Shown here: piece after piece, positions 51,950-64,000 of the stretch
Layout of the letters: every line of letters starts with the position of its first letter
Numbering within the stretch: the first letter of the stretch is position 1
DNA from: Hemiscyllium ocellatum
Taxonomy: Eukaryota
NCBI RefSeq assembly: GCF_020745735.1
Contig: NC_083449.1
Coordinates: 9,522,923-9,586,922 of the forward strand
DNA length: 64,000 nt
Direction: 5' to 3'
Notes under the pieces: generated by a model
What the model was told of the DNA's origin: nothing
The model's database searches: none
Seen by the model: only the letters and a program-made list of their open reading frames with translations
Made by a program: the position numbers and the translations under genes

Positions 51950-53620
51950 ATACCAATTTTGACCTCGATCAGGTGGATCAATGGGCCAAGAAGTGACAGA
52001 TGTAGTTTCATTTAGATACATGGGAGGACTTTGATTTTAGTAGGACAAACCAGGGCAACAATTATACACTTAATGGTGGGGCCTTTGTGAATGTTGCTGA
52101 ACAAAGAGACCACACAGGGCAGGTGCATATTTCTTTGAAAGTAGAGTCTCAGATAGACAGGGTGGTGAAGAAGGCCTTTGGCATGCTTGCCTTCATTGGT
52201 CAGAACATTGAGTGTAGGAGTTGGGATGTCATCTGGTGGCTGTGCAGGACACTAGCGAGGCCACTTTCAGGAGATTGTGTACAATTCTCATCATCCTTCT
52301 ACAGGAAGGATGTTGTTAAAATTGAGATGGTGCAGAAAAGGTTTACAAGGATGTTATAGAGATATAGAGTCATACAACAGAGAAACAGGCCCTTTAGCCC
52401 ACTATGTCCATGATGTCCAACATACACCAAACTGCATTCATCCCATTTACCTGCACTTGGCCGATAGCCGACCATACCCTGGCTTCTTCAGGGCATATCG
52501 AAATGCTGTGAGGGTATTCCACCACACACTCAAGCAGCATATTACAAACTTTACCCACCGTCTAGGTCAAAATATTTTTCTCGGATATCCTCTAAAATGC
52601 TTTCCCTGTACCTTCAACTTTTATTCTCTGGTCTTAGACATATCTGCCAAGGGGAGAAAGATTCACACAATCTACTCTGTCTGTATCTTTCACAATTTAG
52701 TATATCTCAGTCAGATCCTCCCTCAACCTCCTCTGCTCCAAGGAAACCAAACCCAGCTCATTAGAGTCTCCCCTTTGACGGAGACTTTCCAACCCACTGC
52801 ATCCTCTCCAGCCAATCTCATCCTTTTAACTGTGTGGCAGTCAGAACTGCATGCGGTATTTGATCTGTTTTATAAAGTTGTAATAAGACTTCTTTGCTCT
52901 TATATTCAACAGCTCTGGTACTGAAGGAAAGCATTTTGTATGCCTTCTTCAGCAGCCTGTCTGCAATCTATAGACTTGTACACCAAGATCCCTTTGTTCC
53001 TCCGTATTCCTCGGGACCAATCCTTCATTGTGTAATTCTTTCCCTTGTTAGACCTTCCAAAATGCACATTTATCAGGATTAAATTCCATCTGTCATTGCT
53101 CTGCCCAGTGTACTCACACTGTAGCCTGAAACGATCCCCTAGCCCGAAACATCAAATTTCCTGTTCCTTGGATGCTGCCTGACCTGCTGTGCTTTAACCA
53201 GCAACACATTTTTAGCTCTGATCTCCAGCATCTGCAGACCTCACTTTTTACTCACTGAAACCATCCCCCTCACTGTCAACAACACGGTGTCACAGAACAA
53301 CGAACAATACAGGACAGAAACAGGCACTCCAAGGCTGCACTGAAACATTTAACTCTTGCACACAAAAAACCCTATTTACAGACTTACTAATTATACATTC
53401 TACATTCACATCCAATTGTAAATATGTACTTAACAAACAGCAACGGTCCCAGCACTGATCCCTGTGGTACACTACTGGTCACAGGCTTCCAGTCACAAAC
53501 TCAACCCTCCACCGTTTGACCACTAGTTTGCATCCGGTCTGCATCTCATTTCAGCTCCAGTTTGCTTGAGACTCCAAGAGCTGACTTTGGACCAGTCTTT
53601 TATATGGGACTTTGTCAAAG
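51950..53620. mobile_element. Opposed CR1 fragments with a Penelope mini-element at 53141-53254
   Basis: RT C-terminal remnants; 14-bp TSD CTGAAAC(G/C)ATCCCC. Confidence 0.75.
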
Positions 53621-54209
53621 GCTATAGCAGTGGCCTGTGTCTGGCCAGAATAGAGTGGCCCATGTCTGTTAACACAAACTGGCTGATAAACTGGAAGGTA
53701 CAATTAAACATTAACATGAAATGGTACACGTTTAATAGATACCCAGAGATTATTGGACGCAGAATAAGAAACTCTCATACTTGTCTTGTTATAAACATGT
53801 GAACAATGAATTCAAAGTATACAATCAGACCAGAGACTGACCGATCCAGAAAATAACATACAATAATAAACTGTACCATAGAATAAAAGTTGTGGAAATT
53901 ATCCAAACTGTTTTACAGTGTCAGAGACTGACAACAGTGTAAAAAGCCTCACTTTCGTTTACAGTACATAGAATTTCTCCAGTGCAGATAGAGGTCACAG
54001 AAAAGAACCAGAATTGGCCTGCAACAACTTGCCAAAGCACATCCCACCCAGATATAGGCCCTACCTGACCCCCATAACCACACCTTTACTGTAGTTAACC
54101 CACCTAGGCTGCACAGTGATGAATTTTTCCAGGGGAATTTACCATGGCTAACCCAGCTAAGTTGCACATGTTTGGACTTTGGAAGGAAACTGGAGCACCC
54201 AGCCAAAAC

Positions 54210-54905
54210 TGTTACGAAGATGTGAATGTACTGTACCTTAAATAAAGTTATCAGCCAGTAGAACTACTGAACAGCACCAAGTGTTCTGTGGGAAAAAAAG
54301 GTAACATTTGGTCGAACAATTCAAGTAGCTGTTTGCCTGGAGATAAAAACTAATTGGAATTCAACCAATCGGTTTTCATTATATCCTGAAGATACCAAAT
54401 TCCAAACCAGTTGATACTGAGTGTATTGACATTCTTAAACACCAATGACACAATCTGATGCTCTGGAGGTATAAGACCTGGGAAAGTTGAACAAGTGGGA
54501 GGAGAATTGCCAAGCCCCCAGCATGTAAAAAGACTGCCTGAAAAATAGCTGTCTTGAAAGCACCTTTATCGATCAGTAACTAGTAAAGCGCAATGCCCAA
54601 GAAGGACAAAAGACAACAGGAATACAGAAAGAAAGCGAAAGCTGCCTGGTTTTGAGATAAGAAGGTTTGTTTTGTAAATCTTTATCAGGAGTTCTATTGG
54701 ACTAGTATTATAGAAGATAGGTTACAGGAAGGAGTTGTAAATAGTGTTAGTTATCACCCTCTGTTATACTTTAATAAATAAAGCTGTTAATCTTTACTTT
54801 AACTAGTTCATGGCCAATCATATTTTCACAGATTACTGCATAGGAAAAATCTTTTCTGTGTTGCTGGATTTAAATTAGCAAAGGGGTTTACCTTGTGCCG
54901 TAACA
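54210..54905 (+). mobile_element. Solo LTR (696 bp) inserted in a minus-strand HE1 SINE (54020-55000)
   Basis: TGTTACG...CGTAACA termini, 4-bp TSD AAAC, internal TATAAG and AATAAA. Confidence 0.85.
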
Positions 54906-55124
54906 AAACCAATGCAGACATGGGGAACATGTCTGTGTGAAGATTGCACAATGAGTCAAGGCTGGAATTGAAACTGGGTCCCTGGCACCAGTGTGCCACC
55001 ATGTTAGCCTGACATGGATGGCAATAGATAAATCTTTTTAATGTTGAGCAACAGAGACTTGAAGTAAAAAGAGCTCCTGTAGTTTCTGGGAAGTGTCATC
55101 TTGAACAGAGCCAAATATTCTAAG

Positions 55125-55460
55125 TACACTCACTTATTCACAGAGCACACACTGAAAGGTACAGATACTTTCAAATTCACTCATCCATTCTTTTAATTGA
55201 AACTGTCAGGTACAGATTGAAAACTGCACTCAAACATTCACATTGGAGAAACTGACAGGTATAAGATTTAAAACAAAGTTCTTCTATTCGTCAAAAAAAC
55301 TGACAGGTACATTTTGATAACACACATTCTCAGAGCTGAATACACACAGGCAGATAAAAATGTCACTGACTTCTTATTTTTCGTGTTGTCTTCTGCTTTG
55401 AGATATTTAAACTGACACAAGTCTAAAAGAAATTGATAACAGTAGTGTATATATCCTGCA
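55125..55460. repeat. Short remnant of the ~47-bp array upstream of H2B
   Basis: AAACTGACAGGTA...TTGATAAC units. Confidence 0.7.
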
Positions 55461-56689
55461 ATTGTGTGACAGAAATGAGAGGCATCATTCACCTTTCACT
55501 TTATCTCTAACTTACTGTGTGCTCACAGATCACATACTGACAGATTCAATTATAGGTCTTTGTGACATAACAGGGATGGAGTAAAAAAAACCCTTCATTT
55601 CATCTGAAAGTTAGAAATATTGAAATATTTGCTCTCATGCCAGTATATTGACAGAAACTGCGTGAAAATAAAATTAAAAACAACAAACTGGCAGTTACAG
55701 AATGAAATACGGAGTCAGCTGCAAAACAATGAATTGTTAGGATACAATGCAGCTATCCACTGGTGAGAAACTGACATGAACAGTGTAACATCAGCAGTAA
55801 CATTGTTATTGCCAGTTTTTGCAATGTACAATATATTGTCCCTTACCAAATGCTGCAGTTATAAATACACACTTTCTGCCAATGCACAGACGCTGATATT
55901 CAAAGGATATGGGTGTGAAGGGGACGGAGTCCTACCAGAGACTGTCCAAAATGGTGTTTGGTCACACTCAAAATCGTCGATACTAAATGAGACCCTTTCT
56001 TATGTTAATGACTGACACCTACAGAGTAAAAACAACAGGTTACATTTCAGAAGGTTTGAGTTACAATCCAGTAACATACTGACACGTAAAGATTGTCAAA
56101 TATAGGAAACAAAAATGCTTTACCTCCCAGAAATGGATAGGCACAGATTGGAGGAATATTTCCAAGTGGCTGTCAAATAGTGTAAAGGTTTATTGCTTAC
56201 ATCAGTGTTTGATGGATACAGAATAAAACCTGTCTTGAAGTAACACTAATTGACTATGACACAGAGGACCAGAGCCTCAATGGACAGGTGTTGAATTCAT
56301 GCGAAATGTCTAAATAAAGACTCGATAGATACAAAGTTAAAGTGACACATATAACATGCTAACGGTTGCTGGTTAACAGGCATTCGTATGAGATTGAAAA
56401 ATGCTCTAAGTCCCTGCGTGAAGGTTCAATACTCCGAAATAAAAACTGCAGCAATGTTTGTCTGACATATTGTAGTTAATTGCAAAGCACACAGTTACAG
56501 TTCGGTCTCTGGGCCCACAGTTAGCAATCAAGTTCTCAGAAATATATTAATCCCACAGTCAAGACAGAGATTTTCAACCCGTGACTCAAGAAAAGTTTTA
56601 AATATGGACTTTCTTTCATCCCTCTCCAACTCCGCGCAGTTGAGAACGAGTTCCATCAACCCCAAACGTAGAAAACACTCACGTTCTTA

Positions 56690-56992
56690 GAATCCCTACA
56701 CTGTAGAATTAGGCACACCGACCCTCCGAAGAGTAATCCACCCAGACGCATTCCTTATTATTTTGCATTTACCCCTGATTGATGCACCTAACCCACACAT
56801 CCTGGAACATTATGGGCAGTTTGCATAGCCAATTCACCTCCCTGCACATCTTTGAATTGTGAGAGGAAAACTGAATACCCGGAGGAAATCCACTCGGACA
56901 CGGGGAGAATGTGCAAAATCCACACACACACTCGCCCAAAACTGGAATCGAAGCAGGGTCACTGGTTCGGTGAGGCAGCAGTGCTAACCTCT
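56690..56992 (-). mobile_element. HE1-type SINE upstream of H2B
   Basis: Reverse complement of the SINE consensus. Confidence 0.82.
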
Positions 56993-57239
56993 GAGGACAG
57001 CGGGAAGCTCAGTGTTATTTCCAGCGCAGAGAGAGGACCAGAAACAGACATGCGGAGCTAGAAACACACCCTTCCACTCCCACATCATCACAACAACGAG
57101 CAAAAGGAAACCGAGCAGATACCACAGTCACTTTCTGTGTAACAGACACAAAACAAATCTCCCTCAGTCAGACTGACAGGAACAGAATCACCATCCACTT
57201 CACATTTCATTGCAGATTCTGACAGATCTCCATTGGATC

Positions 57240-57365
57240 TCACACTAACCAATCAGAGAGACTCCATGTTTGGGAATGACTTCATGTAAACTACCCAATC
57301 AAGAAGCAAGTCTTCCTCTATTCTTCATTAGCATTTATGGCGTCATCAGACTCTACAAAAGCCAG
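57240..57365 (+). promoter_or_regulatory. H2B promoter: two CCAAT boxes, CRE-like motifs, variant octamer ATTAGCAT (57327-57334), TATA-like TACAAAA
   Basis: Motif order matches the known vertebrate H2B promoter layout (CCAAT/CRE - octamer - TATA). Confidence 0.65.
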
Positions 57366-57412
57366 CTCCGAGGCCGCTTTTCCTTGCTCTGTGTCTGAAA
57401 GTGAGCGGCACT

Positions 57413-57793
57413 ATGGCTGATGAGAAGAAAGCACAGCAAACGTCCAAGAAGGGCGCGAAGAAAATCATCAAGAAGACGCCAGCGAAGGGCGGCAGAAAGA
57501 GGAAAAGGTCCAGGAAAGAAAGTTATTCCATCTACATCTACAAAGTGATGAAGCAGGTTCACCCCGACACCGGCATCTCATCCAAGGCCATGAGCATCAT
57601 GAACTCGTTCGTCAACGATATTTTCGAGCGCATCGCAGGGGAGGCTTCCCGCCTGGCCCATTACAACAAGCGCAGCACCATCAGCTCCCGGGAGATCCAG
57701 ACCGCCGTGCGGCTGCTGCTGCCCGGGGAGCTGGCCAAGCACGCCGTGTCGGAGGGCACAAAGGCGGTGACCAAGTACACCAGCTCCAAGTGA
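57413..57793 (+). CDS. H2B: Histone H2B (126 aa)
   Basis: ATG at 57413; canonical core [27 protein letters not shown]...AVTKYTSSK. Confidence 0.98.
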   Translation: MADEKKAQQTSKKGAKKIIKKTPAKGGRKRKRSRKESYSIYIYKVMKQVHPDTGISSKAMSIMNSFVNDIFERIAGEASRLAHYNKRSTISSREIQTAVRLLLPGELAKHAVSEGTKAVTKYTSSK

Positions 57794-57836
57794 AGGACCG
57801 CACTGCCCTGAAACAAACACACATCCACAACCCAAA

Positions 57837-57852
57837 GGCTCTTTTAAGAGCC
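57837..57852 (+). terminator. Histone 3' stem-loop of H2B
   Basis: CCCAAA GGCTCTTTTAAGAGCC ACC, then HDE-like GAGACAGCTG. Confidence 0.95.
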
Positions 57853-58614
57853 ACCTACAACTTCCCTGAGACAGCTGAACCATTTCTTTCAGTGTTGTTT
57901 GTTTGAGTTTGCATGTGATTCTTGATAAGGCAACTTAATTATTGTGCTACATGTTTTTGAGTTAATAAGTGCTTTGCAAATTATTTGGGAGTGGGGTTGA
58001 GAGAGCAGATCAAGCGCCAGTGAGTAATTTTTCATCTTGCTTGTTCACCCCTGGCAGACAAATGTCCACGTCTTTCCATCTCATGGTTGATACACTTTAC
58101 CTTCTGATTTACTTTACATTTCCAATGCGCGGGTTTGATCCGTTTTTTCGCAATGCAAAATAATGCTTCTTGCTGTCGGTGAGAGACTTTCAAAGCGAAC
58201 CGAGAGAACACCAACACAGCTACCGGGCTGAAGCGTGGAGCTTCTGCTGAATCTGATCGAGAGCGATAAGCGTGGACAGCTTTAAAATATCGTCTTAATA
58301 AAACGTGTCGATGCTGAGCCGGAAGAATGTTGTGTGCTGGTTTATGAGCATATCGGGGTGGTATTGAAATGTGAAAAGAAAAGACAGGTTGCAGACTGCA
58401 GTGTTTGACCTGTTTTGTTACAGCTTCTTCTCAGGGTTTAGAAAATAAGCCACTCACGATCAGAAATGGACAAAGATCGGCAAATGAGGGAGAGTAAGAC
58501 CGTATGAAGTACACATTTGTAAACTAAAAGTAAATGAACATGTGTATTAATGTTTTTTGAACTTCCTCAGTTTTTGTGCTTCATTTTTCAGGTAAAATAT
58601 ACTCCTTTGTTTGG

Positions 58615-59229
<615 letters not shown>

Positions 59230-59259
59230 AGAGACCATTCTTGAATCTACCAACCCAAA

Positions 59260-59275
59260 GGCTCTTTTAAGAGCC
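59260..59275 (+). terminator. Histone 3' stem-loop of H2A
   Basis: GGCTCTTTTAAGAGCC, then HDE-like GAAAGGAGCT. Confidence 0.95.
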
Positions 59276-59419
59276 ACTCACAGCATCTGTGAAAGGAGCT
59301 AGTTCGTCATCTCTGTTGGATTTATTTTACTTTTAATGTGGAGAAACTTGGACTTTGTTTCTGAGATCAGTCAATCACTATCGCCTTGTAATTGAATACT
59401 TGTGTGTTGGATATGCTGA

Positions 59420-59630
59420 TGTTGGACTGGGGTGTACAAAGTTAAAAATCACGCAACACCAACTTATAGCCCAATAGGTTTATTTGTGTGCACTAGCTTT
59501 CGCAGCTTTATAGGTTTATTTGTGTGCACTAGCTTTCGCAGCTTTCATCACGTAGAATAAAAGAGCGTAAGACACAATGTTTCACAAAAGTGTACAGTCT
59601 GATGTAACTCAAACTATATATTCAAAAGCA
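59420..59630 (-). mobile_element. Penelope family-2 terminal fragment with a ~35-bp tandem duplication disrupting the hammerhead motif
   Basis: Similarity to 45345-45500; ATAGGTTTATTTGTGTGCACTAGCTTTCGCAGCTT occurs twice. Confidence 0.65.
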
Positions 59631-60243
59631 TAGGCAGGCTTTCTTTTCCGCCTCCAGAGAGAGAAAACATATTAAATACCCACAAGTGATTTTTTCCCCC
59701 CAGCTGTAAAGGACGGAAGGGGGCAAAGTGAGATTGTACTGAACCACACTTCTGTAATCGATAGACAAATCAACGCATTCTCATCTGTAAAACTTCGCGC
59801 TCCTTTCTACAAGTTAGTGGGATTTTCAAATTTGAAATTGAGCCGTTGATCTTTTGGCGCCAATTCTATCTCATCTCCCATTAGTTAAATCCTAGAATCT
59901 GCGATCACTAGAGATCGCAGCTGCCGCTGTCTGACTTTCTTGTTTAACTGACTCATCATTACTACTGTACGCAGCTCCTATGCACTTCCTAAAATACCAA
60001 TATCTGCAAGTAGCAAGTCGATCTCTTGGCGCCAAATCTCTTCCTTCCCCCACCGGGAATAGACAGAGAGGGAAATTCACGGGAATTTATAATCCATTAC
60101 CACAATATGTTAAAATCATACACCAATTTGTCATAAAACATTCTGCTAACACAGAAGATCTTCTTAGCTATGACTTCACTGCCCATGTCAATATCGCTTA
60201 TAACTCATTGCCTATTTATTTCCTTGTTGTATAATTACAATAG

Positions 60244-60380
60244 GAGAAAGTGAGGGCTGGAGATCAGAGCTGAAAATGCGCAGGTCAGGCAGAATCCAGG
60301 AATCCTGAAGAAGGGCACATGCCCGAAACGTCGATTCTCCTGCTGTTTGGATGCTGCGCTTTTCCAGCAACATTCTCATT
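60244..60380 (+). mobile_element. Fold-back Penelope mini-element with 14-bp TSD TATAATTACAATAG
   Basis: TSD at 60230-60243 and 60381-60394; inverted terminal segments. Confidence 0.85.
60300..60337 (+). ncRNA. Minimal type I hammerhead ribozyme motif
   Basis: GAATC-CTGAAGA-A-GGGC(ACAT)GCCC-GAAAC-GTC-GATTC. Confidence 0.72.
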
Positions 60381-60436
60381 TATAATTACAATAGTAATGC
60401 AACTCATCGCTTCCCGCTCTCTCTCGATGGTTTAGT

Positions 60437-60452
60437 GGCTCTGAAAAGAGCC
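60437..60452 (-). terminator. Histone 3' stem-loop of H3
   Basis: Reverse complement GGCTCTTTTCAGAGCC, then purine-rich GAGAGAG. Confidence 0.95.
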
Positions 60453-60505
60453 GTTGTGTTTTTCCTCTCTCTCGGTGTGAATGTGCAGGGCCGGCCAGGC
60501 TCCGT

Positions 60506-61150
<645 letters not shown>

Positions 61151-61681
61151 AACTCAACCTCAAACCCTGAAATCAAATACATTACGCCACTCGTCCGCAA
61201 CTCAGATACTAGAGAGTAATCGATTAAAGCCTAGTGACAGGAGGCGGGGTTATTGCCGGATCTGTCTGTAACAGGCGGGAGGAAAGGCTGAGTTTAAAAC
61301 AGCCCAGACAAACTGAACAACCGAACGTCTACCGGCCGCGAATCAATCTAAACAACCCAGCCAATTTAAACATCTTGAAATTGTACCACGATAATATTAA
61401 GGAAGCTCACCGAATCGATATTTTATTACAACCAGATCATAATCAGCCGAAACACAACTTAATGGCTGCCTGAAAAGTCTAACAGGCACGTGGACAGAAC
61501 AGGCTATGAAAAAAATCCTGCCGTGTCCCAGCATCAAAACTCATTAAAGTATCGTTTCTGAAAGGGTCAGCATGTCTGTGTAAATTAACAAATTATATGT
61601 TACAGAACGGTTAGACTATCATCTCCCAATTTGCTGCCTTCCCCGCCCTCAGGTCTGCGCTCTCTATCAGAGGGTTTGGGT

Positions 61682-61697
61682 GGCTCTGAAAAGAGCC
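61682..61697 (-). terminator. Histone 3' stem-loop of H4
   Basis: Reverse complement CCCAAAGGCTCTTTTCAGAGCCACCCA. Confidence 0.95.
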
Positions 61698-61729
61698 TTT
61701 GGGTTCGCTGGAAAAGGGTCGCTTTATGT

Positions 61730-62050
<321 letters not shown>

Positions 62051-62094
62051 TCACTTCAATCGCTGCTGAATGAGAGCCGAGCTGCCTCCCCTTC

Positions 62095-62135
62095 CGTTTT
62101 TATACAGCCCGGCCCGACCTGACTGAGAAAGAGCT
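62095..62135 (-). promoter_or_regulatory. H4 core promoter: TATAAAAA (62097-62104) and site-II-like TTTCTCAGTCAGGTCGG
   Basis: TATA read directly; upstream motif partly resembles vertebrate H4 site II (TCAATCTGGTCCG). Confidence 0.65.
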
Positions 62136-62284
62136 GACAGAGAGTGAGAGGCGGATCCGGAGAGGAAACTGAGTGACAGACAGAGCAGGCTTTGTTCATC
62201 CAGCTCCGCCTCCAGCTCACTCCAGCCCCAACTGTATCTGGGACTGAACCTTTTCTCCCCAAAGCTGATTGTTCCTGACCAGAG

Positions 62285-62990
62285 GAGCGCATGCGTGAGG
62301 CCCTCCCCCAGCGCTGCCATTGAGGAGCATTTACTCAGTGAGTGCAAGAGGTTTGTTTGAAACAGACCGCAATGGAGAGATCAGCGCCCAGGGAAGCGAG
62401 GGAACAGCAGGCTCCTTCCAGCAGCCCATCGGGATGGGAGCCTGGGACACAGAGGGGGCTCCGAGACCGGGATTGATTCGGGGTGAGTTCAGGGAGAACT
62501 GGGGGCTGTTTGTAAGAGGCCGAGCGGAGCAGGAACTGGTCCCGGAACTTGGAGTGAGCGGGCTGGGGGGAAGAGAGAGGCCTTTCTCGGGCTGTGTGTG
62601 GGCCCGCTGAGGGGTACACAGGGGGCAGAAGCTGCTGTGGGACATTCTTGTGTTTTTTAATCCTCTAAACCCTGTTGAAATTTCATTCTGTTTCCCATTG
62701 TTTGTTAAAAGTGTGCAATCAATAGTGGAATCGCAGACGACTGAAGGAATGGGATACTCCTCTAAAAGGACAAACATATGGGTCTTGGTAAAAGCATTAG
62801 ATATCGCGCCGTTTTTCCTCTCTCCAACAGTTAGTATATTGGGAGTTGGATATTGAACCGTGTTAGCATGCCTGTGGTGAGTAGTCCCATTCACGGAGCT
62901 GTGCAGTTGTTGCTCAGTTTCTACGTCTCACTCAATTGGTATCGAATCATATGAAAAACAAACACAATCTCCAGACAAGGTGCAGTGCAG
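62285..62990 (+). other. Repeated module, promoter/exon 1 and start of intron, copy C, divergent from H4 (donor at 62483-62488)
   Basis: GCGCATGCGT 62287-62296, GCCAT 62316-62320; 62790-62985 homologous to 24960-25020 and 9680-9780 (reverse). Confidence 0.75.
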
Positions 62991-63029
62991 CGCGGCGCAA
63001 CTCCTGTCCTACTGGTGAGCACAAGGAAT

Positions 63030-63320
63030 CATTGAGTCATAGAGATGTGCAGCATGTAAACAGACCTTGCGGTCCAGCTCGTCCATGCTGATCAGATATC
63101 CTAACCAAATCTAATCCCATGTGCCAGCATTTGGCCCATCTAAACCCTTAACTATTCATATACATATTCTGATGCCTTTTAAATGTTGTAATTGTACCAG
63201 CCTCAACCACTTCTCCATGCTCCTTGTGATTTTATGAACCTCAATAAAAGGTCCCTCTCCAGGGAAAACAGATCCAACCTATTCAGCCTCTCCCTATAAC
63301 TCAAATCCTCCAACCTGGAT
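63030..63320 (-). mobile_element. CR1 3' fragment
   Basis: Same tail as other CR1 copies. Confidence 0.8.
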
Positions 63321-64000
63321 GAAGCACATTTACATGGAGTTTATCTATGACTGAGAAGGACAGAATTAATCCTTTACTGAATAGTTCTCAGACACAGATG
63401 ACAATTAAATGTGAACTCCAAACAATCTCTGCAAAAGTTTGAGTTTTTCTCACTCCTAAATGACCTCCTCATGGTAGCTCATATGCTATTCGACACCTCC
63501 CTTTATAACCCATTGGCAGTACAACTCAATAAACTTCTTCATATTTCTCATCAGTCTGAATATGTGATAGTCTCCATTTCCTCATTAAGATATTATTTTT
63601 GTAGATGCAGGAATAGATTCACGTTCTTCTTCTGTGTATGCCTTTTGATACAATTCAACTGGTGACTGTGACTTTGTCACCACACAGTCAGGAATAATCC
63701 CAGGATATATGTCCAGCAATAATTCAGTTGCCTGAGTTTCCATTGGCATTTCAACAACAATAGCCAGCACTCCTACCAGTGAATCAACAATATCATTATC
63801 AAGGATAAATTGTATTCCCGGAGCTGAGAGTTTGTCGATTACTCCGACCACAACTTCTCCACTCTAACCTCACTTCTCACAATTCAACGTTTCTTGTCTC
63901 AACATGAATTCCCGTTAGTAGAACCTTTTCTGGCAATAGTCCTTCAGAGGTGCATATCTCCTCATCTTTTAGCAGCACAGATTTATAGGATCTTTATATC
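63320..64000 (-). mobile_element. Probable Gypsy-type LTR retrotransposon internal fragment (protease-adjacent region), degenerate
   Basis: GVIDKL..PGIQFILDND...PDCVVTKSQ resembles the ILGND...VVTRSQ region of vertebrate Gypsy polyproteins. Confidence 0.55.

Noticed and set aside
52277-52924. 215-aa ORF
   Set aside because: Spans the junction of opposed CR1 fragments and is mostly antisense LINE sequence.

Overview
Vertebrate genomic DNA, very likely a shark/elasmobranch (HE1-type tRNA-derived SINEs with partner CR1/HER1-type LINEs). The only intact protein-coding genes I can support are five intronless replication-dependent histone genes, each with a 3' stem-loop: an isolated H1 (31256-31966, -) and a core quartet H2B(+) H2A(+) H3.2(-) H4(-) at 57.4-62.0 kb. 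Most of the rest is decayed, often nested retroelements: CR1 LINEs, HE1 SINEs, two Penelope-like families, a Tx1/L1 fragment, a solo LTR and a Gypsy fragment. Structure not explained by these: (1) a multi-copy, apparently spliced non-coding module (NRF1-type promoter + exon with GTGAGT donor, a small second exon with conserved splice sites, then a co-oriented ~47-bp degenerate tandem repeat), arranged divergently around H1 and head-to-head with H4; (2) an inverted duplication around H1 whose left arm lacks the H1 gene; (3) orphan histone-promoter relics; (4) minimal hammerhead ribozyme motifs in Penelope-derived mini-elements, one just downstream of H3. All alignments were done by eye. Repeat boundaries are approximate (tens of bp) and any identity statements are estimates.
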